Program-made: the position numbers and the translations under genes | From: Clostridia bacterium | GTDB lineage: Bacteria; Bacillota; Clostridia; Christensenellales; UBA1242 | Length of the DNA: 29,378 nt | Direction of reading: 5' to 3' | Assembly (NCBI GenBank): GCA_046881985.1 | Contig: JBKSMV010000014.1 | Span: forward strand, 1-29,378 | In this document: piece by piece, positions 7,622-16,478 of the stretch | How positions within the stretch are numbered: position 1 is the first letter of the stretch | Layout: each line of letters begins with the position of its first letter | The notes under the pieces: generated by a model | Seen by the model: the letters and a program-made list of their open reading frames with translations, nothing else | What the model was told of the DNA's origin: nothing | Databases searched by the model: none

Positions 7622-9625
7622 ATGGATAAATTCGTAAGACCTAGACCAGTTTTCCCTAAGAAAGCAGTGGTTACAGGCGGTATGCCAAATGGTGGCAAGC
7701 ATCTTACATTTGCACACGTTGGCTTGATGCTCAGGACAGACACTTTTGCTAGATTTTTGCGTGATAGAATCGGCAAAGACAACGTGATTTTCTGCTCTGG
7801 TACTGACTGCTATGGCTCACCACCAATGGAAAAGTATAGACGTCTTAGAGAGCAAGGCGAACTTCAAGACAAGACTTTGGCACAATTTAGTGAAGAAATA
7901 TACAGAGAGCACGAGAAAGTATTTAGAGATGCCAATGTGTCATTCAATATTTATGGAGCATCAGCATTTGGCGACACTAAAATTATGCACGAGCAAGTAA
8001 GTAAAGAGTTTGTAGACTTGCTTTTGGAAGCAGGCATGATTGAGAAACAATCATCTTATGCTTTCTACGACACCAAGTTGGGCGAAGTGCTCAATGGTAG
8101 ACAAGTAGAAGGCAAGTGCCCAGTTACAGGCTGTCAAGGTGAACATGGCTATGCAGAGACTTGCGACCTAGGACATCAATATCTACCACAAGACTTGATT
8201 GACCCTGTCAGCACACTTTCTAACACAAAGCCAGAACTCATCAAAGTAGACAACCTATACTTCAAACTTGACGAATGTGTAGACATACTCAATGAATGGA
8301 TTGATAGCATAGAGCGTAATAGCGATACGGCTAGTTTTATGATTAAAGAGTTAAGAGAGTTCTTAAAGAAGCCAGAAATATATCTTAAGAAAGAATACAA
8401 AGACCTTGTTGAGAGCCTAGATTTGCCACACTACGAATACACAGGCAAAGAAACCGCTCCACACTTGACTATGGTATTTGACAAACTTACAGATAGAGAA
8501 AAGGCTTGCGATATTCTTTCTGCCAATGGTGTAAGATATAGAACAGGTAAGACTTTGACACCATTCCGTCTTACTGGCAATCTAGAGTGGGGCGTACCAT
8601 GTCCAAATGTTTGCGGACTAGAAGGTGCGACATTCTACGTGTGGCCAGAGAGTTTGTGGGCACCAATCTCATTCACTAGAACGTACTTGAAGCAACAAGG
8701 TTTTGACGATAATGAGTGGAAGAAGTACTGGTGCAGTGACGATGCCCAAGTGTACCAATTTATTGGCGAAGACAACTTGTATTTTTATGGACCAGCACAA
8801 CAAGCTATGTGGCTCTACACTCAAGGCAAAAATGCTACTTTCAAGACCAAAGAAGGCGATTTGCATATCACCAAGATAGTGCCTATCAAGACATTGCTCT
8901 TGCAAGGCATGAAAGCGGGCAGTAGCGGTACAATCCGTGCCCCACTTGCAGACGAAATCTTGGAGTATTACACTTCAGATCAATACAGAATGCACTTCTT
9001 GGGCATGAACTTGGGCAACAATAGTGTACCATTCTATCCGAAACCATTCAATCCAAATGCCAAGCCGGAAGATGCTGACCCAGTACTCAAGGAAGGCAAC
9101 TTGCTAACTAATGTCTACAATAGAATACTAAGAACAATATTCTATTCTACCCAAAAGGACGCAAACGGCGAAATCCCACTCCTAACTGCTAGCGACGAAG
9201 TGAAAGCAGAGTGCCAAAAGGCGATTCTTGACTACGAAAGATATATGTATGACAAGAAGTTCCACCAAGTAGTCAATGTTTTGGACGTATTTGTGCGTAA
9301 TATCAACAAATACTGGGCAAAGCACTACTCTGCAGACCAAACAGAAGAAGAACGTGCGACTCTTACAGCCAACACCTTGCAATACATTTACACAGCAAAC
9401 ATATTGCTACACCCAATGGCACCACAAGGCACAGAAAAGGTGGCAGAATATCTTGGTCTAGACACAGAAAAAGTCTTCAACTGGGAATATATCTTCGAAG
9501 ATTATAAAAATATGCTCGTAGATAAAACTGCACCAAAGATGACATTCTTAAAAGAGAAAGAAGACTTCTTCCGCAAACACGAATCTCAACTAAGAGAACT
9601 TGCGGAAAAAGACTCACAAAACTAA
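7622..9625 (+). CDS. metG: Methionyl-tRNA synthetase-like class I aaRS with non-canonical signature motifs
   Basis: VVTGGMP, DTFARFLR, SGTDCYG, Zn knuckle CPVTGC...CDLGH, LEWGVPCP, YVWPES, QFIGEDN. The HIGH position reads TFAH and the KMSKS position reads KAGSS. Confidence 0.7.
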   Translation: MDKFVRPRPVFPKKAVVTGGMPNGGKHLTFAHVGLMLRTDTFARFLRDRIGKDNVIFCSGTDCYGSPPMEKYRRLREQGELQDKTLAQFSEEIYREHEKVFRDANVSFNIYGASAFGDTKIMHEQVSKEFVDLLLEAGMIEKQSSYAFYDTKLGEVLNGRQVEGKCPVTGCQGEHGYAETCDLGHQYLPQDLIDPVSTLSNTKPELIKVDNLYFKLDECVDILNEWIDSIERNSDTASFMIKELREFLKKPEIYLKKEYKDLVESLDLPHYEYTGKETAPHLTMVFDKLTDREKACDILSANGVRYRTGKTLTPFRLTGNLEWGVPCPNVCGLEGATFYVWPESLWAPISFTRTYLKQQGFDDNEWKKYWCSDDAQVYQFIGEDNLYFYGPAQQAMWLYTQGKNATFKTKEGDLHITKIVPIKTLLLQGMKAGSSGTIRAPLADEILEYYTSDQYRMHFLGMNLGNNSVPFYPKPFNPNAKPEDADPVLKEGNLLTNVYNRILRTIFYSTQKDANGEIPLLTASDEVKAECQKAILDYERYMYDKKFHQVVNVLDVFVRNINKYWAKHYSADQTEEERATLTANTLQYIYTANILLHPMAPQGTEKVAEYLGLDTEKVFNWEYIFEDYKNMLVDKTAPKMTFLKEKEDFFRKHESQLRELAEKDSQN

Positions 9626-9635
9626 AAAATCCCCC

Positions 9636-9663
9636 TTGACAACCGCTCAATCTATGCTAAACT
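9636..9663 (+). promoter_or_regulatory. Sigma-A promoter upstream of the structured RNA and feoAB
   Basis: TTGACA (9636-9641), 16 nt, TG-extended TAAACT (9658-9663). Confidence 0.65.
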
Positions 9664-9669
9664 ATAAGC

Positions 9670-9750
9670 GTATAGCAATCGCGGTAGGGGACTAGCGAAT
9701 AGTTTTTATAGAACTGCTATGACAGGAAAAGGGCATTTCGCCCTTTTTTT
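9670..9750 (+). ncRNA. Unassigned structured RNA (candidate riboswitch/attenuator leader of feoAB, or stand-alone sRNA)
   Basis: Bounded by a promoter and a terminator. P1 TATAGCA/TGCTATG, P2 TCGC-GG-TAG[GGGA]CTA-GCGA with a GNRA loop, short P3 GTTT/GAAC. Confidence 0.45.
9727..9750 (+). terminator. Intrinsic terminator 38 nt upstream of feoA
   Basis: AAAAGGGC-ATTTC-GCCCTTTT with the T run extending to 9750. Confidence 0.85.
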
Positions 9751-9788
9751 GTTGTCATAACTCACATTTTCTATTAATACAACAAAGT

Positions 9789-10019
9789 ATGAATACTATT
9801 CTCACAAAATGCACCATAGGACAAGAATATAGCCTTGTTTCACTAGACTTAAAAGACGACAAAATGGCAGTACGTTTGCAAGAATTAGGCTTTGTAAAGG
9901 GCAGTAAACTCGTAGTCAAAGCCATATCTCCGCACAAAAAAACACTTCTTGTGTCCATTTTGGGCAGTATGTTTGCATTAAAGAGCGAAATCGCTTCACA
10001 ACTGGTGGTGACAAAATGA
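9789..10019 (+). CDS. feoA: Ferrous iron transport protein A
   Basis: 76 aa SH3-like protein with RLQELGFVKGSKLVV and ALKSEIA; ATGA overlap with feoB. Confidence 0.88.
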   Translation: MNTILTKCTIGQEYSLVSLDLKDDKMAVRLQELGFVKGSKLVVKAISPHKKTLLVSILGSMFALKSEIASQLVVTK

Positions 10020-11884
10020 AAACTATCGCTATCATAGGTAATCCAAACACCGGCAAAAGCACACTTTTCAATTCGCTTACCAAAAGCAATATTCACACTG
10101 GCAACTGGCATGGTGTGACTGTCACAGAGAGTTCCAAGACCATAAGGCACTCTGGTATTGAATATAATGTGGTAGATTTACCAGGGTTTTATAGCATGAA
10201 GGCATTCACTCTAGAAGAGCAAGTCAGCATTGACTATATACTTAAAAATCCAACTGCACACTACATATATGTCGTTGATGCCAACAGCCTAAGGCGAAAT
10301 CTATATCTGGCGATACAACTGCTAAATCAAGGCATCAAACTTGTAATATATGTCAACAATTACGACCTATTTACCAAAACAGGTGGCAAAATCAATGCGG
10401 ACAAACTAGCATCTTTACTAGGCACAAGAATCATCATTGGCAATGCCATCAAGCAAAAGTTTGCCACACAACTTATCGCTCAAGAAAATGCCAATATTCT
10501 ACCACAACTCACTACTTCAGAGCAGATTTATGAGTATATAGAGTCCGTTTATTCCCAGTCGGTCACCATTTCGTCAAAATACACCTATGGCGAGAGTAGA
10601 TTGGACAAGATTTTACTCAACAAATGGATCTTTTTGCCACTATTTTTGCTCTCTGCCTTTGCCATCATGTATATTACATTTTTCGCCATAGGACAGACAG
10701 TGTCGGACGGGCTTATATGGTTGGTGGAAAGGTGTATAGAGAGTCCATTATCTTGGGCTTTAGGCAAGGTTGTCAGGGCACAATGGCTCTTGGACTTGTT
10801 TGACAATGGAGTATGTGAAGCACTCAATTCGGTATTGAGTTTTGTTTTTCCTGTCTGCCTATTGTACGTATTTCTAGGCTTAATTGAAGATAGTGGCATC
10901 ATGTCACGCATTGCATTTATGCTAGACGACAGCCTTAGTCGAGTAGGATTGAATGGCAAGTCGGCTTATACACTTTTGCTCGGTTTTGGCTGTAATACTA
11001 CAGCAATCATCACCGCTAGCGGAATGCCCAACAAAAATGCTCAGACCAAGACAGCAATACTCACACCATTCATGTCGTGTACAGCAAAATTGCCAATATA
11101 TAGTGTGATAGCAGCACAATTTTTCGGTGCAAAGAGCATATTTGTCATATTTGGACTATACTTGTTGGGCATAGTAGTTGCGCTTGTGTTGGCTGGTGTT
11201 TTAGAAAAAACGGCTTTACCAAGTGCGGACAATCACTTTCTTTTAGAGTTTCCAGCAGTACGTAGACCTAGCATCAAAAAAGTGTGCAAAAATGCACTTT
11301 TTAGTGCCAAAAACTTCATAACCAAGGTAGTATACATAGTAGTTTGTGTGTCGGTAATTATTTGGGTGCTTACCAATTTCAATTTTAGATTTAACTATCT
11401 ACCAAATGGTACACAAAACATATTGCCAAGCATAGCCAAACTGATAGCACCTTTGTTTTGCCCACTAGGATTTGCGAGTGTAGGTGTAGTGTGTTCTTTG
11501 CTTGCTGGCATTGTTGCCAAGGAATTAATCCTTTCGTCCATGGTGATTATGGGAGCAATGTCTGCACTTACACCTGCCAGTGCATTGTCTTTTTTGGTAT
11601 TTTGCCTATTGTATAGTCCATGTATATCTAGTGTGGCTGTACTCAACAACTTTGTTGGTAAAAAATGGACACTATTTACAATCCTTGCACAATTCGGTAT
11701 AGCATACGTCTTGGCTAGAGTTGTTTATGTGGTCGCCACGTGGAGTTTTGGCTGGGTAGATTTGGCACTAACCATTATGACAATCATATTTGTCGTAATA
11801 GGTCTAAAAATGTTGAAACGTCAAAGATTTTGTTTAAGTTGCCACAATTGTTCACAATCAAATTGCAAAAGATGCAAAAAATGA
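10016..11884 (+). CDS. feoB: Ferrous iron transport protein B with a C-terminal Cys-rich tail
   Basis: G1 GNPNTGKS, G2 GNWHGVTV, G3 DLPG, EDSGIMSRIAF, gate motifs GFGCN and PFMSC, FCLLYSPC. Confidence 0.93.
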   Translation: MKTIAIIGNPNTGKSTLFNSLTKSNIHTGNWHGVTVTESSKTIRHSGIEYNVVDLPGFYSMKAFTLEEQVSIDYILKNPTAHYIYVVDANSLRRNLYLAIQLLNQGIKLVIYVNNYDLFTKTGGKINADKLASLLGTRIIIGNAIKQKFATQLIAQENANILPQLTTSEQIYEYIESVYSQSVTISSKYTYGESRLDKILLNKWIFLPLFLLSAFAIMYITFFAIGQTVSDGLIWLVERCIESPLSWALGKVVRAQWLLDLFDNGVCEALNSVLSFVFPVCLLYVFLGLIEDSGIMSRIAFMLDDSLSRVGLNGKSAYTLLLGFGCNTTAIITASGMPNKNAQTKTAILTPFMSCTAKLPIYSVIAAQFFGAKSIFVIFGLYLLGIVVALVLAGVLEKTALPSADNHFLLEFPAVRRPSIKKVCKNALFSAKNFITKVVYIVVCVSVIIWVLTNFNFRFNYLPNGTQNILPSIAKLIAPLFCPLGFASVGVVCSLLAGIVAKELILSSMVIMGAMSALTPASALSFLVFCLLYSPCISSVAVLNNFVGKKWTLFTILAQFGIAYVLARVVYVVATWSFGWVDLALTIMTIIFVVIGLKMLKRQRFCLSCHNCSQSNCKRCKK

Positions 11885-11913
11885 TTGCTCATAAACTAAC
11901 TTTGTGATATATT
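11885..11913 (+). promoter_or_regulatory. Sigma-A promoter of the der operon (probably leaderless)
   Basis: TTGCTC, 17 nt, TG-extended TATATT (11908-11913); ATG 6 nt downstream with no SD. Confidence 0.65.
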
Positions 11914-11919
11914 TAACAC

Positions 11920-13239
11920 ATGAGAAAACCAGTTGTAGCCATAGTAGGCACGCCAAACGTAGGCAAAAGTACGTTTTTCAATAAAATCGCAGGCAGAAGA
12001 ATAAGCATTGTAGACGACCAACCCGGTGTCACACGTGATAGAATATACGCAGACGCAGAGTGGAATGGCTACGCTTTTTCCATTGTAGATACGGGCGGTT
12101 TGGACTTTAGTAAAGATGACGAAATGTATCGTAGCATTCTTAGTCAAGCACAGATAGCCATAGATTTGGCAGACGTCATTGTGTTTTTTGTAGACGGCAA
12201 AAAGGGCATCACTCAAGGAGACTTGGAAGTGGCGAATATGCTTCGCAAATGCAAAGCACCTAAGATTGTCGCTGTAAACAAACTTGACAACTTTGAGATA
12301 GAGAAGACTTATGAGTTTTACGAGCTTCAACTAGGCGACCCAATGCCACTTTCCGCATCACATGGTAAGGGCATAGGTGACCTGTTGGACGCTATAGTAG
12401 ACAAGATAGAGCAGATTTCTCCAGACGAAGAAGACAAGGCTCTCAAGATTGCCATTGTAGGCAAGCCAAATGCTGGCAAGAGTAGCCTAACCAATAGACT
12501 CATAGGCGAAGACAGAATGGTGGTCAGCAACGTTGCAGGTACTACACGTGATGCTATCGATATACCTTTTAGATATAATGGTAAAAATTATACTCTTATC
12601 GACACTGCAGGACTTAGAAAGAAAGGAAAAATCGCACCAGATAGCATTGAGAGATATAGTGCTCTCAGAAGTATTGATGCAGTAGAAAGATGTGACATCG
12701 CACTACTTGTCATAGATGCTACCGAAGGCATTACAGAGCAAGACTCCAAAGTGGCAGGGCTTATGCATGAAGAAGGTAAGCCAAGTGTTATCGTTGTCAA
12801 TAAGTGGGACAAGATAGACAAGACCAAAATGTCTACAGAGAAGTTCAAGCGACTTATCGAAACGGAATTGCCATTCATGAAATATTATGTACCTGTATTT
12901 ATCTCATGCGAGAGCGGACAACGTATCGGCAAGGTGATGGAAGCGGTCGAGCAAGTATACGAGAATGCTGGTAGAGAGATTACCATGGGGGTATTTAACT
13001 CTGTGTTGCAGAATGCGACGGCGGTCACAGAACCACCTATTCACAATGGCAGAAAATTGAAAGTTATCTATGGCAAGCAGTCTGGTACATATCCACCAAG
13101 GTTTACCATTTTCTGCAATAGAGCCAATCTTATGGACTTTTCTTATTCAAGATACCTAGAAAACTCCATACGTAATGCTTTTGACTTTAAGGGTACTCCT
13201 ATCAAACTGGAGTTTAAGAACAAAGGAGAAAATGACTAA
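11920..13239 (+). CDS. der: Ribosome biogenesis GTPase Der (EngA)
   Basis: Two G domains (GTPNVGKS/GVTRD/DTGG/NKLD and GKPNAGKS/GTTRD/DTAG/NKWD) and a C-terminal KH-like domain ending GTPIKL. Confidence 0.97.
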   Translation: MRKPVVAIVGTPNVGKSTFFNKIAGRRISIVDDQPGVTRDRIYADAEWNGYAFSIVDTGGLDFSKDDEMYRSILSQAQIAIDLADVIVFFVDGKKGITQGDLEVANMLRKCKAPKIVAVNKLDNFEIEKTYEFYELQLGDPMPLSASHGKGIGDLLDAIVDKIEQISPDEEDKALKIAIVGKPNAGKSSLTNRLIGEDRMVVSNVAGTTRDAIDIPFRYNGKNYTLIDTAGLRKKGKIAPDSIERYSALRSIDAVERCDIALLVIDATEGITEQDSKVAGLMHEEGKPSVIVVNKWDKIDKTKMSTEKFKRLIETELPFMKYYVPVFISCESGQRIGKVMEAVEQVYENAGREITMGVFNSVLQNATAVTEPPIHNGRKLKVIYGKQSGTYPPRFTIFCNRANLMDFSYSRYLENSIRNAFDFKGTPIKLEFKNKGEND

Positions 13240-13973
13240 TGACTGCCAAGATTTTGGGATTGATAGGGCTAGCTATAGGTGGCTACCTTATAGGCGGAGT
13301 GTTTGGAGCTAAAATCTTCTCTCGTGCCAAGGGCGGAGATATTAGTAAAATGGATAGTGGTAATCCAGGGGCTATGAATATGGCACGTAATTATGGCGTG
13401 TGGTTGGCGGCGGCAACACTCTTGTTCGACGCTATCAAAGCGGCCGTATGTGCACTCATAGGCTGGTTTATATTTGGCGACTTGGGATTGTACATAGGCG
13501 GTTTCGCAGTCGTAGTAGGTCATATGTTCCCTATATACTACAAGTTTAAGGGTGGCAAAGGTGTATCTAGTTCGTTCGGTGTATTGGCCGTAGCCAATCC
13601 AATAGTGGGCATACCATTATTTGTCTTGACTTTGGTGATGATATGCATTACCAAGCAAGGGGCATTGTGTGACCTAGGATATCTGCTTGTCATGGGTATT
13701 GTAGAGTCAATTATGTGTGATGGCACATACATTGCAGTCTACTTTATCATATGGGCGATAGTTATACTTGTATTTTGGCGTCATCGTAGCAATATTTTGC
13801 GAGTTGTCAAGGGTACGGAAAATAAGACAGAACTAGGCAAAGAGATAAAAAAAGCCTTTACTCATAAGAAAAAAGTGGATACTGCAACCAATATTCAACA
13901 ATCACAGGAAGATGTTTCCACAAATGTTGAAGTTACAGAAGCAGAACAGAAGGGGATTGGTAAGGAGGAATAA
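13239..13973 (+). CDS. plsY: Glycerol-3-phosphate acyltransferase PlsY
   Basis: SGNPGAMN, FDAIKA, GHMFP, FKGGKGV, RHRSNI motifs; follows der. Confidence 0.92.
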   Translation: MTAKILGLIGLAIGGYLIGGVFGAKIFSRAKGGDISKMDSGNPGAMNMARNYGVWLAAATLLFDAIKAAVCALIGWFIFGDLGLYIGGFAVVVGHMFPIYYKFKGGKGVSSSFGVLAVANPIVGIPLFVLTLVMICITKQGALCDLGYLLVMGIVESIMCDGTYIAVYFIIWAIVILVFWRHRSNILRVVKGTENKTELGKEIKKAFTHKKKVDTATNIQQSQEDVSTNVEVTEAEQKGIGKEE

Positions 13974-14809
13974 TGAAACAGAAATATATACTTGCGGTAG
14001 ATAGTGCTTGTGACTTTCCGCAAGGTTATGCCAAAGAGCACGGCATACACGTCATGACACTCGCCACTATTCTTAATGGTGTAGAGCATGAGACTTTGGA
14101 CAATACCAAGGTGCTACAATACGTCAAAGAGACAGGCGAGATACCAAAGACAGCTGCTCCAAGTATAGAGATGATAGAAGAAATGTTTGCTTCACTTCTA
14201 GACAGAGCGGAAAAAGTTATCTACTTTGCATTGTCTAGCGGAATATCTTCCACATACAACAATGCGGTGAAGGCAGCAGAGAAGTTCGATGCTGTAACCG
14301 TAATCGACTCCAAAAACTTGTCTAGTGGCATAGCCTTGCAAGTAATGATTGCAGAGCGACTAATTGAAGAAGGCAAAACTCACGAAGAAATTATCACTGG
14401 CATCAAAGATGCGGTAGACAAGACTCGCTCAAGTTTTGTCATAGATAGTTTGAAACTACTCTACAAAGGGGGCAGATGCTCAAAGCTAGCACTACTTGGG
14501 GCCAATCTTCTCATGATAAAACCATCAATCGTAGTCAAAGACGGCAGTATGGGTGTAGGTAAAAAGTATAGAAAGAAAATAACCCAAGTGGCACAAAACT
14601 ATGTTAGAGATGTGTTGGACAATGGTGAAGAAAAAGATATGACAAATGTGTTCATTACATACACCACTTTTGACCAAAGTATTGTCGATATTCTAGTACA
14701 AATGGCACGTGATGCAGGATTTAAGAATGTCTACACCGCAGTTGCCAGTGCGACTATCACTTGTCATTGTGGTGCTAATACTATCGGTATACTTTACATT
14801 GCAAAATAA
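13973..14809 (+). CDS. DegV family fatty-acid-binding protein (FakB-like)
   Basis: DSACD, KTAAPS, LSSGISSTY, VIDSKNLSSG, LYKGGR, IKP, CHCGANTIGI. Confidence 0.92.
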   Translation: MKQKYILAVDSACDFPQGYAKEHGIHVMTLATILNGVEHETLDNTKVLQYVKETGEIPKTAAPSIEMIEEMFASLLDRAEKVIYFALSSGISSTYNNAVKAAEKFDAVTVIDSKNLSSGIALQVMIAERLIEEGKTHEEIITGIKDAVDKTRSSFVIDSLKLLYKGGRCSKLALLGANLLMIKPSIVVKDGSMGVGKKYRKKITQVAQNYVRDVLDNGEEKDMTNVFITYTTFDQSIVDILVQMARDAGFKNVYTAVASATITCHCGANTIGILYIAK

Positions 14810-14824
14810 AAGATATGCTTTCTA

Positions 14825-14853
14825 GCATATTTTTTTTCTGTCTAGCATAGTGT
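14825..14853 (+). promoter_or_regulatory. Sigma-E-type sporulation promoter of spoIVA
   Basis: GCATATT, 14 nt, CATAGTGT, matching the sigma-E consensus ATA-xx-N14-CATAnnnT. Confidence 0.7.
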
Positions 14854-14880
14854 ATAAAAAGCAACTATGTTGGAGGATTT

Positions 14881-16359
14881 ATGGATAGAACTTTTGATAT
14901 TTACAATGATATCGAAACACGTACAAATGGAAATATTTATATAGGAGTCGTAGGGCCTGTAAGAGTAGGAAAGTCAACATTTATTTCTAGATTTATGGAT
15001 AGTTTTGTTTTGCCTAATATCACCAGTGCCAGTGAGCGCAAGAGAGCAGAAGACGAAATGCCACAATCTTCTGACGGCAAAACTGTGATGACCACACAGC
15101 CAAAGTTTGTACCTAGCGGAGCTGTGTCAATGAGTGTCAAAAATATGTCAATGCGAGCACGACTAATCGATTGTGTAGGCTTTATGGTGGACGGCGCTCT
15201 AGGCTCTACCGAAGACAAGAAACCTCGTATGGTAAAGACCCCTTGGTCAGATGAAAAAATACCTTTTGAACTCGCAGCACAAATTGGCACAGAAAAGGTA
15301 ATTCGTGAGCACAGCACACTAGGTATTGTGGTAACAAGTGATGGAAGTTTTGGTGATTTGCCACGTAATAGTTTTTTGTCCGCAGAGGCAAAAAGTGTTG
15401 ATACAATGCGTCAGTCTGGCAAGCCTTTTGTCGTAGTGCTCAACACAACTAACCCAGACTCTACTGATACTAAAAACTTGGCAGAAAAAATCAAGAAAGA
15501 TTATAATGTTCCAGTGCTAGCCCTTGACGTATCACGACTTAATGCTGACGATGTAGAAAAAATCTTCTCTACCATCACAACCCAATTCCCACTCAACTCG
15601 ATTGACATCGTCGCACCTAGTTGGCTCAAGGCTTTGCCTATAGATAGCCCTATCATCAAAAATATGCTAAACGAAGTGATGAGCAAAACGCAAAACGTTG
15701 CTCGCATTGGTGACTATGCCAACGACCAAATGCTGTTTGAAGATAGTGAAGATTTTGATGCTATCATTTCTAGTAGTGTAGACATTGGTAAAGGCAGTAT
15801 CACTTTTGAATTAGTACCAAAAGACAATCTATTTTATAAAGTATTGTCAGTGCAGAGTGGCACACAAATAAATAATGACTATGAACTAGTGCAGTATATC
15901 AAAGAATTAAACGTTGCAAAACAAAAATACGACCAACTCAAGAATGCTCTTGATGCAGTCGAACAAACAGGTTATGGCATAGTAGTACCAAACCCTAGCG
16001 AAATGGAACTCAAAGAACCAGAGATAGTAAAGCAAGGCTCTCGCTGTGGCATCAAACTCCGTGCATCAGCACCAAGTCTACATATACTCAAAGTCGACGT
16101 AGAAGCAGAAGTTTCACCAATCATGGGCGCAGAACAGCAGAGTGTAGAGATGGTAGAATACCTGCAGAACCAGTTCGAATCCGATCCACAAAAACTTTGG
16201 TCAACCAATATGTTTGGTAGAAGCCTAGAAGACATGGTGAGTGATAGTTTGCGCAACAAAATTACAGCAGTGCCACAAGGCATACAAAATAAAATGCGTC
16301 GTACTATGACAAGAATTGTCAATGAAGGCAAGGGTGGAGTAATCTGTATTTTGCTATAG
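14881..16359 (+). CDS. spoIVA: Stage IV sporulation protein A (coat morphogenetic ATPase)
   Basis: 492 aa; IYIGVVGPVRVGKSTF, MPQSSDGKTVMTTQPKFVP, LIDCVG, TGYGIV, C-terminal GGVICILL. Confidence 0.97.
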   Translation: MDRTFDIYNDIETRTNGNIYIGVVGPVRVGKSTFISRFMDSFVLPNITSASERKRAEDEMPQSSDGKTVMTTQPKFVPSGAVSMSVKNMSMRARLIDCVGFMVDGALGSTEDKKPRMVKTPWSDEKIPFELAAQIGTEKVIREHSTLGIVVTSDGSFGDLPRNSFLSAEAKSVDTMRQSGKPFVVVLNTTNPDSTDTKNLAEKIKKDYNVPVLALDVSRLNADDVEKIFSTITTQFPLNSIDIVAPSWLKALPIDSPIIKNMLNEVMSKTQNVARIGDYANDQMLFEDSEDFDAIISSSVDIGKGSITFELVPKDNLFYKVLSVQSGTQINNDYELVQYIKELNVAKQKYDQLKNALDAVEQTGYGIVVPNPSEMELKEPEIVKQGSRCGIKLRASAPSLHILKVDVEAEVSPIMGAEQQSVEMVEYLQNQFESDPQKLWSTNMFGRSLEDMVSDSLRNKITAVPQGIQNKMRRTMTRIVNEGKGGVICILL

Positions 16360-16424
16360 AAAAAAATATTTGCGAAAAAAAATAAAAAAAATTGAAAAAA
16401 ATTAAAAAATATAATGAAAATTAG

Positions 16425-16453
16425 TTGATTAAATATTTTTGGTATTATATAAT
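16425..16453 (+). promoter_or_regulatory. Sigma-A promoter with upstream phased A-tracts
   Basis: TTGATT, 17 nt, TATAAT (16448-16453); SD AAGGAG; A-tracts across 16360-16420. Confidence 0.7.
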
Positions 16454-16478
16454 CAAGTCATAAAACAAAGGAGTTATT

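Noticed and set aside
9670-9725. SRP RNA, yybP-ykoY or NiCo identity for the structured RNA
   Set aside because: The GNRA hairpin lacks the SRP CAGG/AGCA loop. Only a short 5' resemblance to yybP-ykoY is present, and there is no NiCo four-way junction.
14944-14970. SpoIVA Walker A reads GPVRVGKST rather than GPVRTGKST
   Set aside because: The change is at a variable x position of GxxxxGKS/T and the catalytic residues are intact.
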